A DNA stretch of 64,000 nucleotides from an uncultured Gammaproteobacteria bacterium (GTDB lineage Bacteria; Pseudomonadota; Gammaproteobacteria; UBA9214). The position numbers and the translations under genes are program-made. Under the pieces are notes generated by a model, which saw only the letters and a list, made by a program, of their open reading frames with translations, did not search any database and was not told where the DNA came from. The stretch lies in contig CAVYZN010000006.1 of NCBI GenBank assembly GCA_963773065.1, forward strand, positions 128,001 through 192,000, in the 5' to 3' direction. Of this stretch, positions 1 through 12,332 are shown piece by piece; the stretch's first letter is position 1; the number at the start of each line of letters is the position of its first letter.

Positions 1-443
1 ACAATTTTTAGATGCATTTCTTCTTCGTGAACAGAACCGAACCCCATGTGTACGTAATGCAATAATTTTCCTCTCGGAATCCTTATGACACCGGAAAACC
101 AATCCGCCAAGATAGGGGTCTCCGTGCGCATCTTGTATATCCCCTTTATTGAAACGAGATAGAACTTTCCGTTTTTAATTTCCCATGTTCCTATATATCG
201 CCGCCAGCATGCCGTAGAAAATACGCTGAATTCCTCGCGCCTAGCATTCATTGCTTCCCGTGCCTCAGGCGACGACTCTTCCCTTGCCCTGGCTGCCATT
301 GCACGAAGATCCTCGTATAACGCGTTAAACTCATTATTATCGAGCTTTCTGATCCTTGTATCATTTTCTGGTAATGACGGACAGAACGCCATTCCTGTCC
401 ATTCGCCATCTAATATCAAGTTTTCATTCAATTGCGCTGTCAT
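1..443 (-). CDS. Conserved hypothetical protein, truncated by the window edge
   Basis: Manual translation from ATG at 443: MTAQLNENLILDGEWTGMAFCPSLP...STACWRRYIGTWEIKNGKFYLVSI...ADWFSGVIRIPRGKLLHYVHMGFGSVHEEE. Open to position 1; AT-rich. Confidence 0.7.
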   Translation of the reverse strand, partial: MTAQLNENLILDGEWTGMAFCPSLPENDTRIRKLDNNEFNALYEDLRAMAARAREESSPEAREAMNARREEFSVFSTACWRRYIGTWEIKNGKFYLVSIKGIYKMRTETPILADWFSGVIRIPRGKLLHYVHMGFGSVHEEEMHLKI

Positions 444-650
444 AGATTGGTTCCACAATTATCGTGATTCAGAGGGACAATATATCGCCACCCAGTGAGT
501 CAAGATAAATACGTATACTGTCCACGGTATTCTATTCGGTATTCGGATACGCCGCATGAATAACATCGAGGCTTGCGTTGCGCGATACTTGAAAGTTGTC
601 GTAATACTTCTTATTTTCTTCATGAAAAGCGTCATTCGGGTCAGGCCCAG

Positions 651-1412
651 CTACCCGCCGTCTTGCCAGCGCCTCATATGCGAAAGAATCCGTTGTTCAG
701 CCTTTATACGTATCCGTTCCTCAATTCGTTCGGAATAGGCATCAAGATTCGCCTGCGCATCCGCATCACCATTATTTGCCGCTAGACTCAACCATACATA
801 GGCTTCAATGAGATCGTTCTCTCCACCTGGCCCCGTAACATACAGATAGCCCAACATTGTTTGCGCCGGTACAAAATTCTGCTCGGCAGCGCGGTGATAC
901 CATGTCTTAGCGATGCTTGTATCTCTCGGGACACCATGCCCCTCTTGGTACATTCCGCCGAGATGGTACTGTGCAAGGGGGTCTGATAAGTCTGCTGCCC
1001 TTCGAAAATATATCACGGCTTCCTCGAAATTCTGTGGCTCGCCCAATCCGCGCAACAGGTTCATACCCAGATTAACCGATGCGCTGATGCTTCCCCCTGC
1101 CACTGCCAGGCGAAACCACCTGCATGCCTCGGCATAGTCTTGGGGCACACCCTCACCGCGGTTGTATCGTATGGCAAGACTGTTTTGTGCTTCTACATGA
1201 CCTTGCTCCGCTGCAAGGCGAAGCCATTTGCAGGCTTGTTTGTAATCTGGATCTCCAAGAAGAACGCGAGATGGTGATCCCACTTGACCTTGAACGTACA
1301 TACCACCCAACTCGAACTGTGCTTCGGGATTGCCAGCTTTTGCCTTATGAACAATTAGGTCGAACTGAATCTCTGACTCAGGTGAATCAAATGTTGGTCG
1401 GTTTCTCAACAT
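651..1412 (-). CDS. Sel1/TPR-like repeat protein
   Basis: Repeated A-A-x-x-G-x-x-x-AQ-x-x-LG-x-x-Y-x-x-G-x-GV-x-x-D-x-x-x-A-x-x-W units. Start at 1412 is preceded by AGGAG. Confidence 0.9.
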   Translation of the reverse strand: MLRNRPTFDSPESEIQFDLIVHKAKAGNPEAQFELGGMYVQGQVGSPSRVLLGDPDYKQACKWLRLAAEQGHVEAQNSLAIRYNRGEGVPQDYAEACRWFRLAVAGGSISASVNLGMNLLRGLGEPQNFEEAVIYFRRAADLSDPLAQYHLGGMYQEGHGVPRDTSIAKTWYHRAAEQNFVPAQTMLGYLYVTGPGGENDLIEAYVWLSLAANNGDADAQANLDAYSERIEERIRIKAEQRILSHMRRWQDGG

Positions 1413-1423
1413 GACTCCTATGT

Positions 1424-1483
1424 GGGCTACGCACTCCATAAGCCGCGCGCGGTCAGCGAGTCGGTTGCATGGACATGTTGGGC
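1424..1483 (-). mobile_element. Integron attC-like recombination site (59-base element)
   Basis: Minus strand reads GCCCAAC ATGTCCATGCAACCGACTCGCTGACCGCGCGCGGCTTATGGAGTGC GTAGCCC: RYYYAAC core, imperfect internal palindrome, near-GTTRRRY end. The upstream ORF ends in PNMSMQPTR, the usual attC read-through. Confidence 0.6.
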
Positions 1484-2469
1484 ATTGTGATGTTTCTTAC
1501 ATAAAGGCGCTCCGCAACGTTTCGAACGTGTGAAACACAGTTAAACGCTTGCTCACGAGCATTATTTGGAATTATCACCGTTATATTGTTTCTTTTCCTT
1601 GGGTGCATGACATCATTGCCGGAATCAACCACATACTCCATTTGTTCGCGAATGTCCGGCAACACCGCTGAAACCAAAGACGTCAATATGTTGAGACGCT
1701 TTGGCGATTTCTTCCCACCATCCTCTGAGTACGCGTCGATGCCTATGCTGCTATGTCTATCGAGTATCATATACTCCAGCAACGAACGAGAGAGCGACAT
1801 CACGGCAAGCCAATTGCCAAATACAAAAGAGTCATATATTTCTCGGAGTCGGCTTCGAACGTGCGAGGGAAACGATGATGTTGCCTTCGGGGTTATGACT
1901 GGTTTTAGAAGGGCGAGATTCTCCAACCAAGAATCCGGGCGGTAAAAACGAGCCGCCAACAATTTAAGAGCCCTTTCATAACCCCACTCCGTAAACACAG
2001 TTCCATCAAATTCGTCCAGTATCGATTCGCATCTTTCAACGGCTGCCAGCATAAATGTTCGAACACTATCGTCTTCTGACGCATCCTCGTAGTCCGATTC
2101 TTTATTTGGAGTAGAGTCCATCGTTATCAGCCCTAGCTCTCCTAGGTCCAACACAATAGGATCGATCTGCCAGTGGAGATTCATGAGTGTGTCGAGGTTG
2201 TCCGCTAACACGTCGGAATAGAAGGTCGCAAGACCTTCAGAAACTTGCTGGATGGGCACATCCTCCTTCATTAGAGGTATTTCTAGGTGTTCCTTTACCT
2301 CCCGCAAATGAACGTACAATCGAAGAGCAAAATCGCGCAGCACAGACCGTTCTTTCTCAGAGAACAGCTTCTTGCCCCTCAACTCTGACAGGGGGACCAC
2401 CTTGACAATTTCGCCGTAAATCTGCTTACAGATGGCAAGATGGTAGTTAAGCGCAGCATTTGTTGTCAT
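1453..2469 (-). CDS. Hypothetical protein with C-terminal DUF4145/HEPN-like domain
   Basis: C-terminal LREIYDSFVFGNWLAVMSLSRSLLE...GNDVMHP matches the DUF4145 pattern. Low GC. Confidence 0.55.
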   Translation of the reverse strand: MTTNAALNYHLAICKQIYGEIVKVVPLSELRGKKLFSEKERSVLRDFALRLYVHLREVKEHLEIPLMKEDVPIQQVSEGLATFYSDVLADNLDTLMNLHWQIDPIVLDLGELGLITMDSTPNKESDYEDASEDDSVRTFMLAAVERCESILDEFDGTVFTEWGYERALKLLAARFYRPDSWLENLALLKPVITPKATSSFPSHVRSRLREIYDSFVFGNWLAVMSLSRSLLEYMILDRHSSIGIDAYSEDGGKKSPKRLNILTSLVSAVLPDIREQMEYVVDSGNDVMHPRKRNNITVIIPNNAREQAFNCVSHVRNVAERLYVRNITMPNMSMQPTR

Positions 2470-2521
2470 TGCGAGATCACCTGGAAGGCATAGTTGGGCA
2501 GCATTACTTCCGTGGGCGGGA

Positions 2522-2597
2522 AATGGGGACATTCTGGTTTACGACCAGTGTTGCTGACAGGCGCGGATCGATATCGAAAAACCAGAATGTCCCCATT
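2522..2597. repeat. Perfect 19-bp inverted repeat (REP-like GGGGACA/TGTCCCC palindrome)
   Basis: aatggggacattctggttt (2522-2540) pairs with aaaccagaatgtccccatt (2579-2597). Confidence 0.85.
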
Positions 2598-2725
2598 ATT
2601 CCTACGGCATTGGTCATCCCGTCGGGTTTTTACACAGGAGTTATTCCTTGAGAGACTATGGCAAACGGCGCGCAGGCGGTCAATTGCAGGGGCGGGTTCC
2701 GAGACGATGCGCCGCGGCCACTCCG

Positions 2726-5700
2726 TCATTCCTTGTCGATGGTGACGTTGAGATCGATCGCCTGCTCCAGTCCCGATTCGCCGGTCAGGCTGAAATAGCG
2801 CGAGAGCTCGTAGGTGAACTTCATCTTCCAGGCCTCGTTGAAGAGGCCGTAGAGGTACTCCACGTGGAGCTTCTGGGTGAGTTGCTTGCCGACGCTCACC
2901 ATGCTCTCGCCTTCCGTGGCGCCGGACTCGGTGCCCACCTCCACGCCGAGCGTCTCGGCGATCTGTTTCGCGAGGGGGTTACTCGCGCCGAGCCCCGCCG
3001 CGGCGGCGATCGCCTGCGATTCGGTGCTGCTGGTGGACGAGAGCGGCTTGCCGGTCAGGAGATAGGACATGGCCTCGGCCTCCGACATCACCGGGTCGGA
3101 GTAGACCTGCGCGAGCGGCGACTTGAGCGTGCCCGTGATCATGATGCCGGCCACGACATCGCCGGAGGTGCGGGTGGCGCGGATGTCGAGCGCCGGATCA
3201 TCCAGGGGTCCGGCGAACAGCAGCCGGCCCTTTTCGATGACGAGCTTCTGGCCATAGCCTTCATAGGTCCCCTTTTTCAGCTTCAGCACGCCATCGCCGA
3301 CGATATCGCCCGTCGCCAGGCTGCGCAGCCGCAGGTTCCCCCCGAGATTCGTGGCCAACCCCAGCCCCTGGAAGCGCACGGCATCGCCGAGCTTCACATT
3401 GACGTCGATGACGAGCGCCGTCTTGCCCGCGCCGCGCTCCGCCGGCGGCACCGGGCCGTTCTCGCCGACGATCACCTGATCATCCGACACCCGCACCGCG
3501 CTCTCGGGCAGTTGCTTCACCTCGATCCTCGCCGTGGGGATGCCGACGTTGCCCTTGAGTTCGACACGGCGGGTGTCGCCGCTCAGCTTGAGCGCCGGGT
3601 CGGCCGTCACGTACGCCTCCGGCAGGCGCGCCACGCCGAACTCCCGGCCCTCGATGTCCAGGCGGAAGGGCCAGTGCGCCTGCGGGTCGAGCCGCACCTC
3701 GCCCTGCAGGCTGACCGCGCCCTGGTCGGAGCGGGCCGTGCCGGACAGCGCTACCTGCTCCGTGCCGTTGCCTTGCGCGCGCAGTCCGATGTCGGTCAGC
3801 TCCAGACCGAGACCGGGAATCCGCAGCTTTCCCTGCACGAGTTCCGCGTCACCGCTCAGGCGCGGTGCGCCCACGCTGCCCTGCAGCCCGAGCTTCGCGG
3901 CGGCGGAATCCGCCCGTTGCGTTCAGTTCGGTGGAGAGGGCGTTGATGAAAGTGATGTCCGGCACCGCCAGGTCCAGTTCGCCGGCCAGCGGATAGTCGT
4001 CTATCGTTTTCCCGCGCAGTGTCACCTCGACCCTGCCCTGGGCATGTCCCTCCGCCAGGCCCACGCGAACATCCGCGCTGGCGGTTTCCCCCCCGTAGCG
4101 CGCACTCACCTCGGCGTCCCGGTAGATGCTGGTGTACGGCGATTCTTCCCCGGTGTCGATCTGCAAAGTTCCCTGCGCGGAGCGGGCCTTAAGGCGCGCC
4201 CCGATTTTGCCGTTCGAGCCGGCGGCGGCATCGGCCTCGACATCGAGCACGCCCTCGATGCGGCCGGGGGCATCGAGCAGGCCGGCCAGCGGCGCGAGCG
4301 GCAGCTCATCGAGCCGGGCCTTGGCGCGCCAGCCGCCTGCCGCCTGCCACGCGCCCTCCAGGCAGGCGCTGGCGCGCTGCGCGACCCAGCAGGCGGCGAC
4401 CGGCTCCAGCCGGTTTGCGCTTAAGTCCAGCCGGACCGGCTCCCGCAGCCGCCAGTCGCCGAGTGTCTTGAGATCGAAGTCGGCTTGTGTGAGGCTGCCG
4501 CGCCAGCGCCCGCCGGCGTAGCCCCCCTGCAGCGTGACGAGCGCGCTGCCCGCCTCCTCCGCCGCCGTGAGTTGCAGCCGGTGCCGTTCGAGCCAGCCCT
4601 GGGCATCCAGTCTCAGGCGCGAGGCGGTCTCCCCGCCGAGGCGCAGATCCGTCGCCTCGATGAAGGCCGTCGACCGCCGCGGCTCCTGTTTGTCGAGGAC
4701 GGCCTGTCCCTTAAGCGCGCCGATGGCATTGTCCTGGTAACGCAGCCCCGTCCCCGACCACTCGATGCGCCCGCCGGGCTGCGCCGGGTCGCCGTGCAGC
4801 GAACCCGAGCCCTGGATGCGCCCGGCCAGACCGGGCGCGAGCAGCGCGAGGTTCGGGGCATCGACGCGGAAATCGACGTCCAGTTGCTGCCAGCCAGCCG
4901 GCCCGAGAGCGTGAGGCTGTTCTCCCCCGAACGGATGACCAGACGATCGCTCTCGACGCCGCCGGCGCGAAACGTCACGTCCCCCAGCGCGCTCACCGGC
5001 CGCTCGCGCAGCGTCCCCTCCAGCCGGGCATCCTGCAGTTGGACGCGGTAGGCATCGTCGCGGACCTCGACCAGCAGCCGGGTCTTAAGGCCGAGTTTTC
5101 CCGGCCAGTCCGGCCACCGCAGGCCCGGGTTGACGCCGCTCGCGTCGATGCCGAGGTCGATGGCGAGGCCGGCCTTCCAGTCGAGCGTGCCGGTGGCGGC
5201 GAGCCGGCCATCCAGGGCCGCGACCGCCAGTCGCTCGAACACCAGCCCGTCGGCCGTCCCGCTGCCCTGCGCCTCTACCGCGAGCGGCGGGATTTCCGCG
5301 CCCTCGAAATCGCCGGCCAGCGTGTAGCGGTAATTCGCGGGTACACCGTTCAGCGTATAACGGCCGCGTGCGCTGCGGTATTCCGCGGCGCCTTGCAGCG
5401 GCCAGCGCAGCCCGTCCCATTCGCCCTCCAGATGAGACGGCCGGGACGCCTGCCTCGAAGCGCACTTCGCCCCGCGTGGCGATGCGGAAGGGCGCGGCGA
5501 GCCGGTGATCCAGATGCAGGATATGCAGGTCACCGTCGAGCGTGGCATGTCCGGCGGCTTCCACGCCGTCGGGCAGGCGGCCGCGCCAGTCGAGCAAGGC
5601 CGCGAAGGTATAGGGGGAGTGCAAGGCGGCCCGGCCGATCAGCTCCGCCGTGACGCCTGCCGCCGTCACGCGGAAGCGGTTCACGCGCAGCCCGGAGACG

Positions 5701-6193
5701 GGGCCGGCATGGGCGGACAGCTCCAATTCATCGATCACGGTTTCCTGCGCGCCGATCTGCAGGACCAGGCGCCGGATGCTCAGCTCGGCGATATCGAGGG
5801 AGAGCGGCAACGCAATCCGCTCGGGCGGGGTGAACGGAGCGGCGTCGGCATCCGCGGCGGGCGCGCGGTAGACGGCATCCTCGATCGTCAGGCGGCGCAG
5901 CCGAATGCCGCCGCGCAGCAGACCGGCGGGATCGATCGCCAGTTCAACGCGGCCGAGCCTGCAGGCTGGTGTCGTCCTGCCGGTAGTCGATGCCCTCGAT
6001 CACCAGGCCCGACAGCAGGCTGCCGGCGATATGCTGGATGACCAGCGTGCCGGGCGCGTAGGCCGCGGCCCGCTCGATCAGCCAGCGGCTGCCCGCGGGG
6101 CTTGCCAGGAGGGCGGTCACCAGCAGCAGGATCGCCGCCGCCAGGCCCAGCAGGACGCCGACCCCTCTCGATAAGTCCGCGCCAGCGCATCAC
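2726..6193 (-). CDS. tamB: Translocation and assembly module TamB (several frameshifts)
   Basis: C-terminal DUF490 (FAGPLDDPALDIRA...MSEAEAMSYLLTGKPL...SVGKQLTQKLHVEY) and an N-terminal membrane anchor. Lies directly downstream of tamA; the ORF is split over several frames. Confidence 0.85.
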
Positions 6194-6196
6194 TGT

Positions 6197-7949
6197 CTAC
6201 AGATCCGGGCCCATGCTGAAATGGATGCGAAACAGCTCGTCGCTGTCCGTGAGCGGATGGGCGATATCGAGGCGCACCGGCCCGACCGGCGAGCGCCAGC
6301 GGATGCCGAAGCCGACGCCGGTCCGGGGATCGACATGCGTCTGGTCGAACGCGTTGCCGGAATCGGCGAAGACGGCCACCGCCCATTTATCCAGCAGCCG
6401 CCGCTCCAGCTCGACGCTGCCGACCAGCAGGTTCCTGCCGCCCACGACATCGCCCTGATCGTCCTTAGGACCGAGCGACTGGTAGGCATAGCCGCGGATG
6501 CTGTTATCGCCGCCCGCGAAGAAGCGCACCGAGGCCGGCAGTTCCTCGAAGGCGTTCATGGCGGTCATCCCAACATCGGCACGCGTTATAAACCGCAGCC
6601 GCGCCGGCAGGGACAGCACCGCCTTGGCAGTGCCGATCGCTTGCGCAAAGCTCACGCTGGAGATCACCTGCTCGGAGGCGCCGCGCAGCTTGAGACCCAG
6701 GCGCAGACCCTTGCTCGGGTAGAGCCGGTCGGCGGCCAGCACTCTCGACCAGCCCATCCCCGGCATCAGCAGCGTGGCTTTGCCCTTGTCATTGCCCACC
6801 TCGAACTCTTCATGACTCAGGGTGAGCGAGCGTTCCTTGCTCCAGCCCTGGTTCGGCACGCGATACCAGGTGACGGATGCCGCGGTGGTGTCCGATATCG
6901 ATGTGTCGGTGTCTTCATGTTGGTAGCCGGTCTCGAATTTCAGCTTGTCGGTCACCGGATTCTTCAGCGGAATGGTGTAGGCGGCCGTGATTTTGGACTC
7001 CACCTTTGAGAGCGAGGTTTCCGCCGAAAACACATGCCCCTCGCGGTTGACCCGCCGGTCCTGATACCCCACGCCGATGCGCGGTCCCGTATCGGTGGCA
7101 AAGCCGATTTTGCCCGTGTAGCGGTTGCGTTTGGACGGCGTCAGCACGAGCTCGGTCGGTATCGCGCCATCCTCGGCCTCGTCGATATGGGGTTGCACGT
7201 AGGCGTTGCGGAAATAGCCGCTGCCGGTGAGTGCGCGCGTGGTCTTGGTGAGCAGGGTCGCGTCGTAGGGCTTGCCCTGCTGGTAGGCGAGAAAGCGGTC
7301 CAGCAGTTGCGGTTCGATGATGTCCTGTTCGCGCCGGATCGGCCCAAAGCGAAAGCGCGGCCCGGAGTCGTAGTGCAGGATGATGTCGGCGATCCCCCGC
7401 CCGGGATTCACGCGCAGTTGATTTTGCGTGTAGTGTCCCTTGACATAACCGCGCGTGCTGGCCAGCTCCGCGATCTGACGCTTGAGGTCGGTATAGATAT
7501 CCTGGCGCAGCGGCTGCCCCGCCTGGTCCATGGCCTTCTTCACCAGCGCGTCGAAGGCGGGATCGGCGGCGGCATCTCCGCTGATGATGACATCGATGAC
7601 GCCGAAGCTGACCCGCGGCCCGGGCACGATGGTGAAGGTGGCCCGCCAGCAGGCGCCCTCCGCCGTGGCCGGTTCAAACCGGCTGGCGATCGTCGCCTGG
7701 TAATAACCGAAGGCGCGCAGGGCATCGCGCGCCTCGCCGTCGGCCTGCTTGAGGCGCCCGCGCAGGCGCCACAACGGCGCATCACAGGTTTCCTTAGAGA
7801 GCGACAGGTAGGCCCTGACATTGGCGGCGACATCGCCCTTGACGCCTTCGATGGTGATCGCCGGCGCTTCGCCGCGGGGCGAGGCGGGACCGGCAGTAGA
7901 GCAGCGCCAGCAGCAGGACGAGCGCCGTGCCTCGTGGCGGTCTCCTCAT
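6197..7949 (-). CDS. tamA: Translocation and assembly module TamA (Omp85 family); 5' end frameshifted
   Basis: POTRA domains (ALRAFGYY), RFFAGGDNSIRGY and GVGFGIRWRSPVGPVRLDIAHPL...FSMGPDL. Confidence 0.9.
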
Positions 7950-8028
7950 GGCTGTCGCCAGACCCTAGATGCCGTTGCCTGATAACCGGCCTTCCTGCCG
8001 TATTACTCCGCCCACCCCGACCTCCACG

Positions 8029-10402
8029 CTATGCCGCGGGTTCAGGGTGGCTTGCCGGGACGCGGGCATCGCGCCCGATGGCGGGGCTGTTGCGGATCTG
8101 CACATTGCGCTGCAGGAAGGGGATCTCGATACCGGCCTCGCGGAACGCGGCGTCGATGGCGAGATACAGGTCGCTTTGGGTCAGCACGCGCTTGTCCACA
8201 TCACGGATGTAGCAAGTCAGTGCAAAATTGAGCGCGCTGTCCCCGAAGCCGCGGAACAGCGCCCTCGGTTCAGGTATGCCGGGATAATTATTCATCACCA
8301 GGGGGTGCTTATTGGCCAGATCCACCAGGATCTGCATGACTTTGGCGGTATCCGACCCGTAGGCCACCCCCACCGGCACCACCACCCGCCCCCAGGGGTC
8401 GCTCAGCATCCAGTTGGTCACCTGTCCGGCGATCAGCTCGGAATTCGGCACGATCACATCGGCCCGGTCGAAGGTCTGGATCTGGGTGTAACGGATGCTG
8501 ATCTTTTTCACATAGCCTTCCGTGTTACCGACCATGATCCAGTCGCCGATACGGATGGGGCGTTCCACCAGCAGAATCAGGCCGGAGACGAAGTTGTTGA
8601 CGATATTCTGCAGGCCGAAGCCGATGCCGACCGAGAGCGCGCCGGCGATGATCGCCAGATTGGTGAATTCCACGCCGGCCACGGACAGCGCCACCAGGAT
8701 GGCCAGGGAGATACCGAGATAACCCGTTGCGGTCGCCGCCGCATCGCGCGCGCCTCGATCCAGGCGGGTCTTCTTGAGCCAGTACTGCTCCAACTGGCGC
8801 TTGAACCAGCCGCTGATCGACACCATCACCGAGAAGAGGGCAATCGCCATGACCACGCGCAGGGGCGCCACGTGCAGACTGCCGATCTCGAAGCCCTCGA
8901 CGACATAGTGCACCGCGGCGGCGTAGACTTTGTCCGAGTAGCCCCAGATGCGGAACAGCAGCAGGAGAAATCCGCCCCACAGCACCAGGTGGCTGATGGC
9001 CCGCAGCCATACCAGCCCCGGCACGTACTCCCCTGCTTTCAAACCGAACCGGCTCCTGAAGCGCTGTTGCCAGCGGTAACGCCCCTCGTCCATGCCGTCA
9101 TAGAGTTCGTCTCATGACCCGGCCGAGCAGGAAAATGATCGCGAACAGCAGCAGGGTACTGACCAGACCGCCGATGATCAGGCCGGAGAGATTGCGGTAG
9201 CCGGCCCACTCCGCCATCAACCCGGCGAACAGCGCCAGGATGATCAGCACGCGCACCGGCGCGGTATGCCGCCATACCGGAAGTTCGCCCACCAGCCACA
9301 GCACCCAGCCGAGATTGATCACCAGCACCGTGATGAACACGGTGCGGGTGAGCAGCAGCGCCGCTTCCGGGAGCTGTTGCACCAGGATGGTGGAAAATAT
9401 CAGGAAACCGATCAGCAGCAAGGATGCCAGCACGTAAAGGCGGTGGGCAAGCGCGCGGCAGACGGACTCCGGCACCGGCAGGTACAGGCTGGCCGGCGCC
9501 GGGGGTTTGAACAGGCCGCGCACCAGCACCAGGGCCAGCACGTAGAAGGTGAGGCCCAGACCGAGCAGGAGCACGTTGGGCAGCGGCTCGACGCCTAGCA
9601 GCAGCACCAGCAGCGTACCGCTGGCGACGGCCAGCGGCAGCAGCAACGGCAGATAGTGGGCCAGCGTGGCGCCGAAGGCTACCATCGCCAAGAAGATGAG
9701 ATCGTCCTTGTCCGTGGGCTGGGGGAGCACGGCGAGCAGCCTGCGTTTGCTCACCTGCCCCAGGGCCGCGCCGAGCAGGACCAGGGAACCCAGCAGCACC
9801 CACTGCATACCACCGACCTGTTCCAGCCCGCGGGTATCGACCACGAAGGACTTAACGGCAGCGAGCCACTCGCTGATCTTGCCCCAGTCGCCCTTCATCA
9901 GATCGGTAAAGGTGCGGTCACGGGCCAGTATCTGCTGCTTGAAGATCCGATTCTGGTGCTCCGCGACCGTGGCCTCCAGTTCATCGCCGTTGACGCGCAG
10001 CAGGCGGCAGACGGTCAGCCGTTTTTCGATGACGCCCCTGTTCTTGTTCAGCTCGTGCCGCGCCCTGGTGACCGAGGCATCCTCCCCCGCCACCGGGCTG
10101 CCGAGTGTTTTGAGATCTTCGGCCAGCTTCGCGCTGTCCTGCTCGGCATGCTCGATACACTGCACCGCCAGCCTGCGTATGCCGTCGATATCCTTCGCCA
10201 TGACCTCGAAGTCGTTGATCGCGGACGCGGTTTCGGACAGTTGCGTCTTGATCGCCTGCAGTTGCTTCTCGGCCGCCGCGATCGAGTTATCCTCGGCCGC
10301 CGCCGTCACGCACGGCAAGGCCATCCAGATCGCGAGCAGGACGCGCATCAGCATCCGGGCCGGCGCAAGCAGGGGGGTTTGCATCAACTGACCGCCGATC
10401 AT
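8029..10402 (-). CDS. Large mechanosensitive channel MscS/MscK family (frameshift near 9100)
   Basis: GALSVGIGFGLQNIVNNFVSGLILLVERPIRIGDW core. The N-terminal ORF has a signal peptide, coiled coil and TM helices. Confidence 0.88.
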
Positions 10403-10544
10403 GTCATCACCGCAAGTTTGGTTAACGGGTTCATGCCGCCACCGATGCTAGGCCGGTACGGCCGCGAAGGGAAGCGGGACGGCGCTGGGATTGGACGTCA
10501 CCATCCCTGCCGGCGCGCACCGGATGCACATTGTAGCGCGCGGG

Positions 10545-11621
10545 CTACAGCCACCGTTTCCGCTTGAAATACACCAGCATGCCGATCGCGACGGCAAGCA
10601 TCAGCAGCAGTGACAGCGGATAGCCGAAATACCAGCGCAACTCGGGCATCGCCCAGGGGCTGACCTGGTTGTCGCCGAAATTCATGCCATACACTCCGGC
10701 GATGAAGGTGAGCGGAATGAAGATGGTCGCGATCAGGGTCAGCACCCGCATGACCTCGTTCAGACGATTGCTCATCGCCGAGAGATAGACATCCATCAGC
10801 CCGGAGATTATGTCACGGTACATCTCGATGAGGTCGATGACCTGGATGGTGTGATCATAGCAGTCACGCAGGTAGACGCGGGTCTCGTCACTGATCATCT
10901 CCGTATCATCGCGCAGCAGCGCGTTGATCACATCACGCTGCGGCCACAGCATGCGCCGCAACATGAGCAGCTCGCGTTTGAGCCCGTGTATCGCGCTGAC
11001 CGCGTACTTGTCCGGATGGTCAAGCACCTTGGATTCAAGCTTTTCCACCCGGTCTCCGAAGACTTCCAGCACGGGAAAGGCCTCGTCGATCACCAGGTCG
11101 AGCAGGCAGTACAGCAGGTAATCATCGCCCAGTGAGCGGATATGCCCGGAGGCCTGGCGCAGCCGGTGGCGCACCGGCTCAAAGCGATCGACGGCGCCGT
11201 GATGAAAGCTCACGATGAAATTCGCGCCGAAGAAGAGGCTCACCTGCTCCACGGTGACGCTGGCGGCATCACTGCAGGGCAGCGCCATGGCGATGAAGAT
11301 CTGTTCATCGAAACGGTCCAGCTTGGGACGCTGTCCCGTATTCAGCACATCCTCCATGGCCAGCGGGTGCAGTCCGAACATGTCACCGAGGTTCTTGACC
11401 ACAGCGGCGGTGATACAGCCCTGCACATGGATCCAGGTGGTGCTCGGCCGGCTGAGGTATTCCCGGCCGTCAGCGGCGCTCGCCAGTTCCTTTTCGGTAA
11501 ATTCCGTTTCGGTATAGTCGATCAGGTGGATCCGGCAGGCGGCCGCGGCGGCAGGCGCCGCCTCCCTCAGGGTTCCCGGCGCGGTACCCGGTGGATGATA
11601 CTTCTTATGGAAATGGCTCAT
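10545..11621 (-). CDS. corA: Magnesium/cobalt transporter CorA
   Basis: GLHPLAMEDVLNTGQRPKLD and YGMNF...MPELRW signature. Confidence 0.95.
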   Translation of the reverse strand: MSHFHKKYHPPGTAPGTLREAAPAAAAACRIHLIDYTETEFTEKELASAADGREYLSRPSTTWIHVQGCITAAVVKNLGDMFGLHPLAMEDVLNTGQRPKLDRFDEQIFIAMALPCSDAASVTVEQVSLFFGANFIVSFHHGAVDRFEPVRHRLRQASGHIRSLGDDYLLYCLLDLVIDEAFPVLEVFGDRVEKLESKVLDHPDKYAVSAIHGLKRELLMLRRMLWPQRDVINALLRDDTEMISDETRVYLRDCYDHTIQVIDLIEMYRDIISGLMDVYLSAMSNRLNEVMRVLTLIATIFIPLTFIAGVYGMNFGDNQVSPWAMPELRWYFGYPLSLLLMLAVAIGMLVYFKRKRWL

Positions 11622-11751
11622 GGTTGTGCAGTGTCCTTCGCGGCGCACGCCCGCTGCGCTATGCTATCTTATCACCGTCCCGACAGGCAGCTATTTTCCG
11701 GCAACCGCGCCCATGCAGCCGATCACCGCCTCGATGAGTCATTGCGCATAG

Positions 11752-12198
11752 ATGAACCTGACACCCATAGGCTGGCGTGAATGGCTGTCGCTCCCGCAGC
11801 TCGGGATTACCCACCTCAAGGCGAAGGTGGATACCGGCGCGCGCACCTCGGCCCTGCATGCCTTTTACGTGGAGCCGTTCCGCGCGCAGGGCATTGAGAT
11901 GGTGCGCTTCGGCATCCACCCCCTGCAGCGGCGCACGGATATCGTCATCGAGTGCACCGCGGCGGTGCTCGACCGGCGCGATGTAACGGATTCGGGCGGA
12001 CATCGGGAAATGCGCTATGTGATAGAGACCCTGATGAAGCTCGGCGGCGACTCCTGGCCGCTCCAGCTTACCCTGACCAATCGCGATAGCATGCGTTTTC
12101 GCATGCTGCTGGGTCGCGCGGCGCTGGAAGACAGGTTCATGGTGGTCCCGTCCGCGTCCTATCTGCTCGGGCGGCGGCAACGGCGCGGCATGTTATAG
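11752..12198 (+). CDS. RimK-associated retropepsin-like putative protease (RimB/'ATP-dependent Zn protease' family)
   Basis: GWREW...[15 protein letters not shown]...[18 protein letters not shown]; lies upstream of rimK. Confidence 0.9.
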   Translation: MNLTPIGWREWLSLPQLGITHLKAKVDTGARTSALHAFYVEPFRAQGIEMVRFGIHPLQRRTDIVIECTAAVLDRRDVTDSGGHREMRYVIETLMKLGGDSWPLQLTLTNRDSMRFRMLLGRAALEDRFMVVPSASYLLGRRQRRGML

Positions 12199-12332
12199 TA
12201 GGCGCGGCAACCCAGAACAATACGATCTCCCCCCAACACCCGGCGAAACAGCAGGCAACATCGACCCACCCCTCACCAGCAAGCCCGTTTCGGGCGACGG
12301 ATACCTACATACAGTCTTAAGGCGAGGCGATC

